A stretch of 64,000 bases of DNA from Bacillales bacterium (GTDB lineage: Bacteria > Bacillota > Bacilli > JARBTR01). The stretch covers positions 6,719 to 70,718 of the forward strand of contig JAVBKE010000140.1 in NCBI GenBank assembly GCA_031554185.1, in the 5' to 3' direction. The translations under genes were made by a program, and so were the position numbers. A model generated the notes under the pieces. That model was not told where the DNA came from. It saw nothing but the letters and a program-made list of their open reading frames with translations, and ran no database searches. Positions 39,917 to 48,807 of this stretch are shown piece by piece (within the stretch, counting starts at the first letter, position 1; each line of letters begins with the position of its first letter).

Positions 39917-40879
39917 TTATTCTTCTTCTAGAATCTTACTCAGTAAATCAGAGTCGATATTGCCGCCAGTCACCACTAAAGCTACTTGATGGCCTATAAA
40001 TTTCTCTGAATATTCCATTAAAGCGGCAACGACCGAGGCACCACCAGGTTCAGCAACAACTTTCTCCTTCTGTAGAAGTAATTTCACTGCTTTTCTGATC
40101 GATTTTTCGCTAACAATCACAATTTCATCAATGCACTGATCAGCCATTTCAAATGGAATCTCTAGTATACCACCAATTAATGAATCGCAAATACTTTCTT
40201 CTGACGGATATTCTAAGTAGCAGGTGTCGTCTCGAAGTGAATCAGCAAAAGCTGGACATGCCTCAGTTTGAACGCCAATTACTCTGATATTTTCATTATG
40301 GCTTTTTACAGCAATCCCTATTCCAGTAATAATACCGCCACCACCAATTGGTACAACAACTGTATCAATAGCAGGGTTTTGTTCTAAAATTTCCAATCCA
40401 ATCGTTCCCTGCCCAGCAATCACATCAGGGTCACCTGAAGAATCCACATAAATATAGTTGTTTTTGGCGACTTCTTCTACGACAGCATGATGTGTTTCAT
40501 CATAGCTTTTGCCAACTAAGCGCACGTTAGCGCCATAATGCCGTATCGTATCAACTTTTGCAGCTGGTGCAGTTTCAGGAACGAAAATATGAATGTTATC
40601 GATGCCAGTCAGATTGCCTGCATAACTAAGCCCACAGCCATGATTTCCAGATGAAGAAGCAATAACACCTGTCTTTCGCTCATCTTCATTTAAAGATAGC
40701 AACTTGTTCAGAGCACCCCTAATTTTAAATGCTTTTAACTTCTGTTGACACTCCAGTTTTAAATAAACCGTTGTCTCATCTGTACTGAGCGTTCTAGAAT
40801 AATCCAATGGCGTTTGGTAAATGAAATCATGAATTCGCCCTCTTGCTGTTTCTATATCTTTGATCGTCACATGTTCCAT
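39917..40879 (-). CDS. Fold-type-II PLP enzyme of the threonine/serine dehydratase (or racemase) family
   Basis: 320 aa with PLP-lysine motif KAFKIRGA, SSGNHG and glycine loop PIGGGGIITG. No ACT regulatory domain. Confidence 0.75.
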   Translation of the reverse strand: MEHVTIKDIETARGRIHDFIYQTPLDYSRTLSTDETTVYLKLECQQKLKAFKIRGALNKLLSLNEDERKTGVIASSSGNHGCGLSYAGNLTGIDNIHIFVPETAPAAKVDTIRHYGANVRLVGKSYDETHHAVVEEVAKNNYIYVDSSGDPDVIAGQGTIGLEILEQNPAIDTVVVPIGGGGIITGIGIAVKSHNENIRVIGVQTEACPAFADSLRDDTCYLEYPSEESICDSLIGGILEIPFEMADQCIDEIVIVSEKSIRKAVKLLLQKEKVVAEPGGASVVAALMEYSEKFIGHQVALVVTGGNIDSDLLSKILEEE

Positions 40880-40900
40880 TTGTTGAACTCCTTTTATATG

Positions 40901-40939
40901 AAAAAAGAACTATACCCTTATTCTCATAAAGGTATAGTT
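40901..40939 (-). terminator. Intra-cluster intrinsic terminator/attenuator between arcB and the PLP gene
   Basis: On the minus strand: AACTATACC tttatgagaataag GGTATAGTT followed by CTTTTTT. Only about 20 nt remain before the PLP gene ATG. Confidence 0.6.
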
Positions 40940-40957
40940 AGTTCATCTATAGTTGTT

Positions 40958-41950
40958 TTAACCTAAGCTGAGTGCCATCACTGCTTTAATTGTGTGCATC
41001 CGGTTCTCTGCTTCGTCAAATACAACAGAATGTTTGCTACGGAACACTTCATCGGTTACTTCCATAGCATCAATTCCATGTTCTTTCTTAATTTCACGTC
41101 CAACTTGTGTTTCAAGGTCGTGGAACGCTGGTAAGCAGTGCATGAATAATGTATCTGGCTTTCCAGTAAGGTCCATCATTTTTTTGTTTACTTGATAAGG
41201 AAGCAATAATTTAATTCTTTCAGCAAATTGATCTTCTTCACCCATTGATACCCATACGTCTGTATAGATCACATCAGCGTCTTTAACAGCTTCTGCTACA
41301 TTATCAGTAATCGTAATTTTTGCACCAGATTCTTTTGCAAATGTATTAGCAGCATCAACAATATCTTTTTCAGGGAACAATGATTTCGGTGATAATAACC
41401 GAACGTCCATACCCATTTTGGCACAACCAATTAATAGAGAGTTACCCATGTTGTTACGAGCATCTCCTGCATAAACAAATTTGATATTTTTTAGCGTTCC
41501 TTTATGCTCTTGAATTGTCATCAAATCAGCAAAGATTTGAGTCGGATGCCACTTATCAGTAAGACCATTCCAAACTGGTACACCCGAATGTTCAGCAAGA
41601 CCACCAACAACTTCATCACTGAATCCACGGAACTCGATACCATCAAACATGCGGCCAAGTACTTTTGCTGTGTCTTCAACTGACTCTTTTTTACCAAATT
41701 GAATGTCATTTTTACCAAGGTATTCAGGATGTGCCCCAAGGTCAATACAGGCAACAGTAAACGCACAACGCGTTCTAGTTGATGGCTTTTCAAATAAAAG
41801 GGCAATGTTTTTACCTTCTAATACACGATGCGGGACACCAGCATATTTCAGCTTTTTATACTCAATTGCCGTATCAATAACAAATTGAATCTCTTTTGCA
41901 GTGTAGTCGTTTAGTGAAAGTAGGTGACGATTATTAATATTGAATCCCAT
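40958..41950 (-). CDS. arcB: Ornithine carbamoyltransferase (catabolic context)
   Basis: FEKPSTRTR carbamoyl-phosphate motif and HCLP motif; 330 aa; directly downstream of arcA. Confidence 0.9.
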   Translation of the reverse strand: MGFNINNRHLLSLNDYTAKEIQFVIDTAIEYKKLKYAGVPHRVLEGKNIALLFEKPSTRTRCAFTVACIDLGAHPEYLGKNDIQFGKKESVEDTAKVLGRMFDGIEFRGFSDEVVGGLAEHSGVPVWNGLTDKWHPTQIFADLMTIQEHKGTLKNIKFVYAGDARNNMGNSLLIGCAKMGMDVRLLSPKSLFPEKDIVDAANTFAKESGAKITITDNVAEAVKDADVIYTDVWVSMGEEDQFAERIKLLLPYQVNKKMMDLTGKPDTLFMHCLPAFHDLETQVGREIKKEHGIDAMEVTDEVFRSKHSVVFDEAENRMHTIKAVMALSLG

Positions 41951-41986
41951 AGTATATTTCTCCTTTGTATTTGGTTTTGAGGTAGT

Positions 41987-43219
41987 TTACAGATTGTCGC
42001 GGTTGATTGGCATACTCATACAACGAGGACCCCCACGACCACGAGACAACTCGGATGAAAGAACTTCAACGACTTCCACCCCGTAAGATCTAATCACTGA
42101 GTTTGAAACATAGTTACGATCATACGTAACAACAACGCCAGGAGCGATTGCTAACGTGTTTGATCCATCATTCCATTGCTCACGAGCAGCTGCGATTGGA
42201 TCGCCACCACCACAAGGAATTAACGCAACATCCTTTAACTTTAACACATCTTTCAACGTCGCGAAAAGGTCCGTTTTTCTAGTAATTGTGCAACTACCTT
42301 TTTCTTTACCTTTTTCAAGGATATAAATGTTCATTGAACCATCTTCACCTTGAATTTCTGGGTGAATAGTAAATTTATCGTAATCAACCATTGTGAATAC
42401 AGTATCAAGGTGCATAAATGCCCGTTTTTTCGGAATTTCGATGGCAAGAACTTTTTTAATATCTTTTTGGTTTTCAAAAATGTTAACTGCCATTTCTTCG
42501 ATTGCTTGTGGTGAAGTACGATCACTGACACCAATAGCAATCACATCGCTTGAAAGAACAAGTTGGTCTCCGCCCTCCATTGGATGGCTAGCCGTTCTGT
42601 CAAACCAAATAGGAATATTTGCTTTAGCAAATCGAGGATGATATTTAATAATGTAATCTAAGAACAATGACTCACGTTGACGTGCCACTCGGTTCATTCG
42701 GTTGATTGAAATTCCGTTCCCGATTACAGCAGCAGGGTCACGTGTGAAATAAAGGTTTGGCATAGGGTCCATATAGAATGGATTTGTTTCAAGCATCATT
42801 TCCGACAGATGATTTGAACTTTTGAAATTCATTTCCTTCTTTTGAATCCCTACCATCACAGTATCTACCAGCTTGTCTGCAGATAGAGTAATTAGATACT
42901 CACGTAATTGATCTTCAAGTACAGTTGAAGATAACTTGCTTTCGGATAAAATTTGGTTAATAAACTGTTTACGTAATTCATCAGTAGAAAGTGTTTCAGA
43001 TACTAGTTTTTCCAAATAAAGAACTTCGATTCCTCTATTTTGCAAAGTAGAAGCAAAGTAATCGTGTTCTTTTTGAACCACAGGTAAAAATGGAATGTCA
43101 TCAAATAAAAGTCTTTCGAGCGTGTCAGGTGTCAAATTCTCTACTTCTCGGCCTGGACGATGTAACAATACTGTTCTTAGTACACCAATTTCTGATGTAA
43201 CATTTAAAGGATACTTCAT
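41987..43219 (-). CDS. arcA: Arginine deiminase
   Basis: 410 aa. [16 protein letters not shown]-terminus and C-terminal catalytic Cys context [11 protein letters not shown]. Confidence 0.95.
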   Translation of the reverse strand: MKYPLNVTSEIGVLRTVLLHRPGREVENLTPDTLERLLFDDIPFLPVVQKEHDYFASTLQNRGIEVLYLEKLVSETLSTDELRKQFINQILSESKLSSTVLEDQLREYLITLSADKLVDTVMVGIQKKEMNFKSSNHLSEMMLETNPFYMDPMPNLYFTRDPAAVIGNGISINRMNRVARQRESLFLDYIIKYHPRFAKANIPIWFDRTASHPMEGGDQLVLSSDVIAIGVSDRTSPQAIEEMAVNIFENQKDIKKVLAIEIPKKRAFMHLDTVFTMVDYDKFTIHPEIQGEDGSMNIYILEKGKEKGSCTITRKTDLFATLKDVLKLKDVALIPCGGGDPIAAAREQWNDGSNTLAIAPGVVVTYDRNYVSNSVIRSYGVEVVEVLSSELSRGRGGPRCMSMPINRDNL

Positions 43220-43273
43220 TGTTCATTTCCTTCCTTCACTTTTTATTTGTTAGCCGACTGACTGATTGGTTCA

Positions 43274-43291
43274 ATCGAATAAACATTCAAT
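43274..43291. promoter_or_regulatory. ARG-box-like site 55-72 nt upstream of the arcA ATG
   Basis: ATCGAATAAACATTCAAT matches the TNTGAATWWWWATTCANW consensus at 15/18 positions. Confidence 0.35.
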
Positions 43292-43804
43292 GCCTTGGAA
43301 CTTTTATTACCTCATTAGGCCAAAAAATAAATTAGTCCAAAATGTGAACTTTTCTAGAATTGCATGCATCCTGGGCAAGTTTAGCACATTTTTGAAAATC
43401 AACCAGGCTTTTAGTCATTTGATTTACAGCATACCAAGGTTTAGAACCTCTGCTGAGAAACCAATCTTATTATTTACCAAAGTTGTTTTCATTAGTCTGT
43501 TTATTTCTGGCTTAAATTTCACCTAGAGAGACAGTGATTCATTCTTGTAAAACAATTTTCTGGTGGTTTTTCGTTGTCGTGAGGCAAAAAACGCGAAAAT
43601 ATCAAAAATATTTAAGCGTTACTGGTCGTAACGAAACGATAAACCCTCATCAATTTTTTGAAGCTGTATTAATAATGGCTTCCCTAATGGCAAACGGTAA
43701 TATCTGCTCACTGAGAATATAACAAATCGCTACCTAACAATCAATGGTTTTTTCTGTTTTTTTTCGACAATTAAACACCTATAATATGGCAAAACTCTTG
43801 AAAT

Positions 43805-43822
43805 AATGAATATTTATTCAGA
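43805..43822. promoter_or_regulatory. ARG-box-like site at the distal end of the arcA upstream region
   Basis: AATGAATATTTATTCAGA matches the ARG box consensus at 17/18 positions. It abuts the 14-bp perfect palindrome AATTGATATCAATT (43822-43835). Confidence 0.4.
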
Positions 43823-43833
43823 ATTGATATCAA

Positions 43834-44826
43834 TTATTGGTAACTCAAAATGTCTAAAATCCGCTCGGATGAACGGTGAATACTGGTATATTTTCGATGC
43901 TTTTTCGTCTTAAAATATAAACTACGTAAGAACAATTTGGTATTTGCATATAAAATCCAGTAATTGTACTCCTCCAGTAGTTCATACTTTTCCTCTAAAA
44001 AAGCAGGAACTCCCATCACATGGTCGACTAATTCCCTTTTGGCATATCCTTTTTCAAGCATTGTAAAAATCGGTACAAGAACGCGCTCCTCTTCGTCATC
44101 ATGAAAAAAAGTATTGTAATTGTATACTTTGTTTGTTAGTATCTTAAAGATCACTGGAAAATCACTTTCCTTGACATGATTGCTTTGAAGTACTTCATCA
44201 AATGCGTCAGAAATATGTGCAAGTGAATGTGCCCAGCCCTTTCCTATTACAAAGCCGCGAAGATCATCTTCTAAATCTATATACCGCATCAGACTGTCCT
44301 TTACCTGAGTAAATTCTTCAAATGACAAGAAATGATTTCGGTTATCAGCGTGCAAAATTTGTGTGATCAATAGAACTGAAAATGACCGGGTAAATATTTT
44401 GTCCGTGAAACTCCAGTTGTTTGATTTGACTATTGGAACGCATGCCAAATTGTCGTCCAGCGATTCTGTCTCCTTTTGGACTGAGAGGTGAAGACATCCG
44501 TGGTCTGATTGAACTTGTTTAATTCCTTTAAACAGGAAATCGCTCCCTTGCAATAGATTAAGGGTATTTTTTAAGTAACTAAAATCTAACGAGTCTGTTT
44601 CAGAAATCCATTCGTTAAATGTAGTATGAATGAGCTTGTCTCGCAGCATTGGATCAGTGGAGCCGATGTGTTGTAGCATTTTTGAGGCGAGATTTTCTTT
44701 CGGCATGTCAAGTACTGCTTTTTCCTTTAAAACAAGTAGACACTGTCGTAATTCATCTTCCGTCATCTGATTTTTCCACCTTTCTAATAAATTGCTATCC
44801 ATCAGTTTGGCATAGTAAATAGTCAT
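43834..44826 (-). CDS. DUF2785-family protein
   Basis: HIGSTDPMLRDKLIHTTF and GKGWAHSLAH signatures recalled for DUF2785. No clear SD. Starts 31 nt downstream of padR. Confidence 0.65.
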   Translation of the reverse strand: MTIYYAKLMDSNLLERWKNQMTEDELRQCLLVLKEKAVLDMPKENLASKMLQHIGSTDPMLRDKLIHTTFNEWISETDSLDFSYLKNTLNLLQGSDFLFKGIKQVQSDHGCLHLSVQKETESLDDNLACVPIVKSNNWSFTDKIFTRSFSVLLITQILHADNRNHFLSFEEFTQVKDSLMRYIDLEDDLRGFVIGKGWAHSLAHISDAFDEVLQSNHVKESDFPVIFKILTNKVYNYNTFFHDDEEERVLVPIFTMLEKGYAKRELVDHVMGVPAFLEEKYELLEEYNYWILYANTKLFLRSLYFKTKKHRKYTSIHRSSERILDILSYQ

Positions 44827-44857
44827 AGATGATTACGTATTAGCAATAGACAATGGC

Positions 44858-45190
44858 TTACCTTTCAATGAGTCGATTAATCAAATTTCTAGCGATGATC
44901 CATTCTTTTAGATCCTCTTGATAGGCTTCTCTTCCCTTTTGGGTAATTGTATAGTACTTACGGCGACCACCTTGATTCTCGTCTCCCCAATAGGAGCGAA
45001 TCAGGTTTGCTTTCTCTAGACGCTTGAGACTGGTGTAAAGCGATGGCTCCTTTAATAGATATTGTCCACTGCTCAATGCGCTAATTGATCGAATGATCTC
45101 GTACCCATAACTATCTTGTTCCTGTAAAACGCGCAAAATAACGGTATCAATATGGCCGCGGATCAAATCACTACTGATTGATGTATTCAT
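44858..45190 (-). CDS. PadR-family transcriptional regulator
   Basis: 110 aa wHTH (GHIDTVILRVLQEQDSYGYEIIRSI...RKYYTITQKG). GAGGAGG SD. Confidence 0.85.
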   Translation of the reverse strand: MNTSISSDLIRGHIDTVILRVLQEQDSYGYEIIRSISALSSGQYLLKEPSLYTSLKRLEKANLIRSYWGDENQGGRRKYYTITQKGREAYQEDLKEWIIARNLINRLIER

Positions 45191-45260
45191 TATCTGAATA
45201 CCTCCTCTGATTTAAATTTGAAAACTTATCCACATTCTTTCAGTTATCCCCATTAAAGTA

Positions 45261-45295
45261 ATCGTAACACAAAGTACTATGTATGACAAAGTACT
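45261..45295 (-). promoter_or_regulatory. Candidate padR promoter overlapped by two AAGTACT(T) palindromic boxes (putative operator)
   Basis: On the minus strand: TTGTCA (45289-45284), 17 nt, TACGAT (45266-45261). The direct repeat ACAAAGTACT occurs at 45269-78 and 45286-95, 17 bp apart. Each copy contains the AGTACT palindrome, and the second is the perfect 8-mer AAGTACTT. Confidence 0.4.
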
Positions 45296-45465
45296 TGCGC
45301 TCGAGTAGGTGAAGTTGTGAATAACTTTCTTTTATCCACAGGGCTTGGAAAACTGCTTATAAATAGCGATTTATAGCACTATCAATTAAATTGGCAATAA
45401 AAAATACAGCTACCAAAATTGATAACTGTACCGAATGACCTATTCTCTTTTCACGATTCATTTTA

Positions 45466-46344
45466 TCAATCGCCATCTTCTTCAGTAACCTTTTTTATGT
45501 GAGTGAACCCATCTTGCTGATAAATTTTTCCCGACTTCATCAATTTACCTAATGCCCGTTTAAAAGCGGCTTTACTCATTGAAAACTGTTTTTCAATATC
45601 TTCTGGTGCCGATTTATCTGTAAAAGGCATTGTGCCACTTCGCCCTAATAGATAGTCAAAAACCAGCTCCGCATCAGTATCAATCCTTTCATAACTCCGC
45701 GGGAGAAGTGACCCGTTGATGTCCCCTTCCCCAGTAATCCCAATGACGCGTCCCTTGATAAGTTCGCCTAGCCTCGGTTCAGCGGTTCGCTCACTTTCAT
45801 GGATGAAACAGCGATACCTTTCCTCAGTGAAAACAAATGTCCCAATTTTTAATAAACGATAAGCACGACCAGAGAAATTTTGGTTCTTCATTTCAATTGG
45901 TGCAGCATAGGCATAGTCCAATATCACCGATTCAGTTGCAAGCCGTGCAAATAAACGATCAAGGCGATCAACTCTTAATGTAACCAAAAGCTTGTCCCCA
46001 ACAGCTGGCCATAAGTGCCTTAATTTAGGTAGATCGTCACTCGAAACAACGACATCTTTGGCGAAACCAAGGTTAACAAATGCACCAATCTTCTCCTCAA
46101 CAGCAACGACTTCTGCCCAATCATATTCATCGTTCAACATTTTTGGAATAGAAGTAGTGGCTGCTTTTCGCCCCTGTTTATCACGATAAATAAATACTTC
46201 AACTGTTTCGCCAATCGCTATTTCCTGATTGGTGTCATTTTTGTGCAGTAGTACTGAATCTTCTTTTTCATTGACTAAATAGAACCCATACTCTGATGTT
46301 CGGTCCACTGTTAACGTTAGGACCTCTCCAACTTCAATATCCAT
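45466..46344 (-). CDS. cvfB: S1-domain RNA-binding protein CvfB/YitL family
   Basis: 292 aa with three S1-like repeats and a C-terminal wHTH. GAGGTGGAG SD. Confidence 0.8.
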   Translation of the reverse strand: MDIEVGEVLTLTVDRTSEYGFYLVNEKEDSVLLHKNDTNQEIAIGETVEVFIYRDKQGRKAATTSIPKMLNDEYDWAEVVAVEEKIGAFVNLGFAKDVVVSSDDLPKLRHLWPAVGDKLLVTLRVDRLDRLFARLATESVILDYAYAAPIEMKNQNFSGRAYRLLKIGTFVFTEERYRCFIHESERTAEPRLGELIKGRVIGITGEGDINGSLLPRSYERIDTDAELVFDYLLGRSGTMPFTDKSAPEDIEKQFSMSKAAFKRALGKLMKSGKIYQQDGFTHIKKVTEEDGD

Positions 46345-46375
46345 TTCTCCACCTCTTTTTTATTAAACATTTCAT

Positions 46376-46404
46376 TTGCATCACATGATAAAAACCATTA
46401 TAAT
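46376..46404 (+). promoter_or_regulatory. Sigma-A promoter of bioY
   Basis: TTGCAT, 17 nt, TATAAT. Confidence 0.65.
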
Positions 46405-46407
46405 CGT

Positions 46408-46445
46408 AATTGTTAACCTTTATTTAAAAAACATGGTTAACAATT
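46408..46445. promoter_or_regulatory. BirA operator (bioO)
   Basis: Perfect 11-bp arms AATTGTTAACC, N16, GGTTAACAATT, lying between the -10 and the bioY SD. This matches the Firmicute TGTTAAC...GTTAACA BirA site. Confidence 0.75.
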
Positions 46446-46458
46446 TGGAGGTTGAAAT

Positions 46459-47004
46459 ATGCGTTTGACATTACGCGATTGGGTAACAACGGCCTTATTT
46501 GCTGCCATTATTGCCGTTCTTGCACAAGTGACCATTCCGTTACCCTTTTCACCAGTCCCAATCACCGGACAAACCTTTGCCGTAGGACTTTCAGCTACCA
46601 TTTTGGGTAGTAAGAAATCAGTGATAGCTGTGGCCCTCTACTTGTTAATGGGCGGCGTTGGTTTACCAGTTTTTAGCGGGTTTAGCGGTGGACTTGGAGT
46701 CGTCGCCGGACCTGATGGTGGCTATTTATTTTCGTTTATCATTGCTGCCTACTTTATTGGCCTTTACTTAGAAAAGACCGATTTCACATTAAAGCATGCA
46801 CTAATTGCCAACCTGATTGCCATGTTAATCACACTTACGATCGGAAGTGCCTGGTTAAAAGTGGCGCTGTCACTCAGTTGGCAAACTGCCTTTGTAGTCG
46901 GCGCCTTACCATTCCTATTAGTTGGCATAATTAAAGCGATTTTATCAGCTTCTATCGGCCTCAAAATTCGTGAGAGATTACTTTCTTCTGGAACAAAACT
47001 ATAA
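46459..47004 (+). CDS. bioY: Biotin transporter S-component BioY
   Basis: 181 aa with 6 TM segments and the SPVPITGQTFAV motif. Confidence 0.9.
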   Translation: MRLTLRDWVTTALFAAIIAVLAQVTIPLPFSPVPITGQTFAVGLSATILGSKKSVIAVALYLLMGGVGLPVFSGFSGGLGVVAGPDGGYLFSFIIAAYFIGLYLEKTDFTLKHALIANLIAMLITLTIGSAWLKVALSLSWQTAFVVGALPFLLVGIIKAILSASIGLKIRERLLSSGTKL

Positions 47005-47017
47005 GGATTAAATCGCC

Positions 47018-47042
47018 GCAGACAACTTTGTCTGCTTTTTTT
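47018..47042 (+). terminator. Intrinsic terminator after bioY
   Basis: GCAGAC aacttt GTCTGC followed by T7. Confidence 0.7.
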
Positions 47043-47050
47043 CATAAGAT

Positions 47051-48151
47051 TTATTGGTGAACCTTCTGATCCACCATTTTCTTCGCAATAATTGTCTTGA
47101 TTTCTGAAATCACCTGTTTATTATCATCACCATAGACATGAAAGAATTGTCCTTGGTACTCACTTTCTTTATGACCATACCTTGGATCATAATAAAATTC
47201 AAATAGGATTCGAATCAATTGACGGTAATCTTCTTCAGCAAATGATCTCTTCAATCTGGCTGCCTGTTCAGTTGGAATCCGCCTTGATAATTTACCAATA
47301 ATTTCTGCTGTCTTTTCATTAAACCAGGGCTCTGTTTCTAGTTGTAGAACATACTCGCTATATGTGCGTTCTACTCGGTCTTCCATCGAGCGGTGAATCA
47401 TAATTTGTACTGCAGATGTTCTATTTTCTAAAATCACATCTGGAATGGCTACTTTACCAATTCGCTTACTCTCTGCTTCAACCAAAAAATAGGGGCGCTC
47501 TTTGATGTACGTTAACTGTTGAAATAACAGTGAGTCAAATGTTTTTTGGTTATGTGGCTCTCCTGTCCCATATGATCCGAAAATAGATCCTTTGTGATTG
47601 GCCGCACCTTCTAAATCAAGCACCGGTTCACCATCTGATTGAAGTAGATGAAGCAGTTCAGTCTTTCCAACACCTGTTTTACCATGCAAAACAAATGAAT
47701 TTTCAGGGAGGAGTGTTGGTAGTTCTGATAATATCCACTGCCGATAAGCACGAAAACCGCCTTCTAGTCGCGCAACGGCTAGACCACTTAGTCCTGCAAA
47801 GAAAGCAACTGATTTACTGCGCATGCCGCCACGCCAACAATAAATAACAGGTTTGTTCTCTGATTGTTGCGATGATCTTAATATTTCCATTATTGCTGGT
47901 AGTTTTGGTGCAACAACTTCCATCGCTTTCCATCTAGCACTCGCTTCTCCCTCTTTTTTATATAGAGTCCCGATCACACTTCTTTCCTCATCAGAAAAAA
48001 GAGGCAAGTTCACTGCCCCTGGAATATGACTATTGGCAAACTCTATTGGAGAACGTAAATCAAATAACTGCACTTGCTTCATTTCTTGTATCTGGCCGTA
48101 AGTGATTCCGTTTGCTAATTCTGCTACATCTAGTTGTAATAAAGATTCCAT
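47051..48151 (-). CDS. selU: tRNA 2-selenouridine synthase (SelU/MnmH)
   Basis: Rhodanese active loop YCWRGGMRS, Walker A HGKTGVGKT and C-terminal YYDPRY. Colinear with the remembered E. coli SelU sequence. Confidence 0.85.
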   Translation of the reverse strand: MESLLQLDVAELANGITYGQIQEMKQVQLFDLRSPIEFANSHIPGAVNLPLFSDEERSVIGTLYKKEGEASARWKAMEVVAPKLPAIMEILRSSQQSENKPVIYCWRGGMRSKSVAFFAGLSGLAVARLEGGFRAYRQWILSELPTLLPENSFVLHGKTGVGKTELLHLLQSDGEPVLDLEGAANHKGSIFGSYGTGEPHNQKTFDSLLFQQLTYIKERPYFLVEAESKRIGKVAIPDVILENRTSAVQIMIHRSMEDRVERTYSEYVLQLETEPWFNEKTAEIIGKLSRRIPTEQAARLKRSFAEEDYRQLIRILFEFYYDPRYGHKESEYQGQFFHVYGDDNKQVISEIKTIIAKKMVDQKVHQ

Positions 48152-48164
48152 TGCAATTGTTTCC

Positions 48165-48806
48165 TCATGACTGGTTCAGTTTCTTGTTTTTATTTGTAAC
48201 GATTGAGTACTGCTCAAACAGGAAAATCGATAGGATCACCCACAAGGAGCCAGCAATATAACCACCGAGTACATCTGTAGGATAGTGTACACCAAGATAC
48301 ACTCTGCTAATCCCTACTAATAATACCACGGTAGTACTAAAAATGACCATAGCTTTCATATGTTTTCTCGATAAGTGATAAACAAGGTAGCATAAAGTCA
48401 TAAACATTACAATTACAGCGGTTGCATGACCACTAGGGAAGCTGTAGGAATCATAGATACGATAAGGATTGACCTCTGGCCGCGGCCGCTCGAACCAATT
48501 TTTTAACCAAGTGTTTACTAATGGACTAATTGCGTTCACAAGAACGATGAATAGTGCAAATTGGTACTGTTTTTTTGATAGCAAATAAACAACTACTGCC
48601 GCTAGGATAATCACAACTTGCCTTGTTGAACCGATTCCAGTGATCGCCTTCATCACAGAATCCATCGGTGCCGATGCGACACTTCGCACTGCATCAATTA
48701 TTGCTTGGTCGAAGTCAGCTGTGATGCCATTAGCAATACCGTACACCAGTAAGCTAAACGCTATTAAAAGCATAGTAAACAATAGCAAGAAATTCTTTGC
48801 GCTCAA
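48165..48806 (-). CDS. PAP2-family membrane phosphatase
   Basis: KNWFERPRP, PSGH and SRVYLGVHYPTD motifs. TTG start 1 nt after the dapF-like stop. Confidence 0.8.
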   Translation of the reverse strand: MSAKNFLLLFTMLLIAFSLLVYGIANGITADFDQAIIDAVRSVASAPMDSVMKAITGIGSTRQVVIILAAVVVYLLSKKQYQFALFIVLVNAISPLVNTWLKNWFERPRPEVNPYRIYDSYSFPSGHATAVIVMFMTLCYLVYHLSRKHMKAMVIFSTTVVLLVGISRVYLGVHYPTDVLGGYIAGSLWVILSIFLFEQYSIVTNKNKKLNQS

Positions 48807-48807
48807 C

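Noticed and set aside
43341-43356. Crp/Fnr (ArcR)-type site TGTGAACTTTTCTAGA upstream of arcA
   Set aside because: Only one half-site (TGTGA) matches. The second half, TCTAG(A), shares only 2 of 5 positions with TCACA.
43266-43722. Two plus-strand ORFs (86 and 62 aa) in the arcA upstream region
   Set aside because: They have no SD and unusual composition, and they lie in a region better explained as the regulatory or UTR DNA of arcA.
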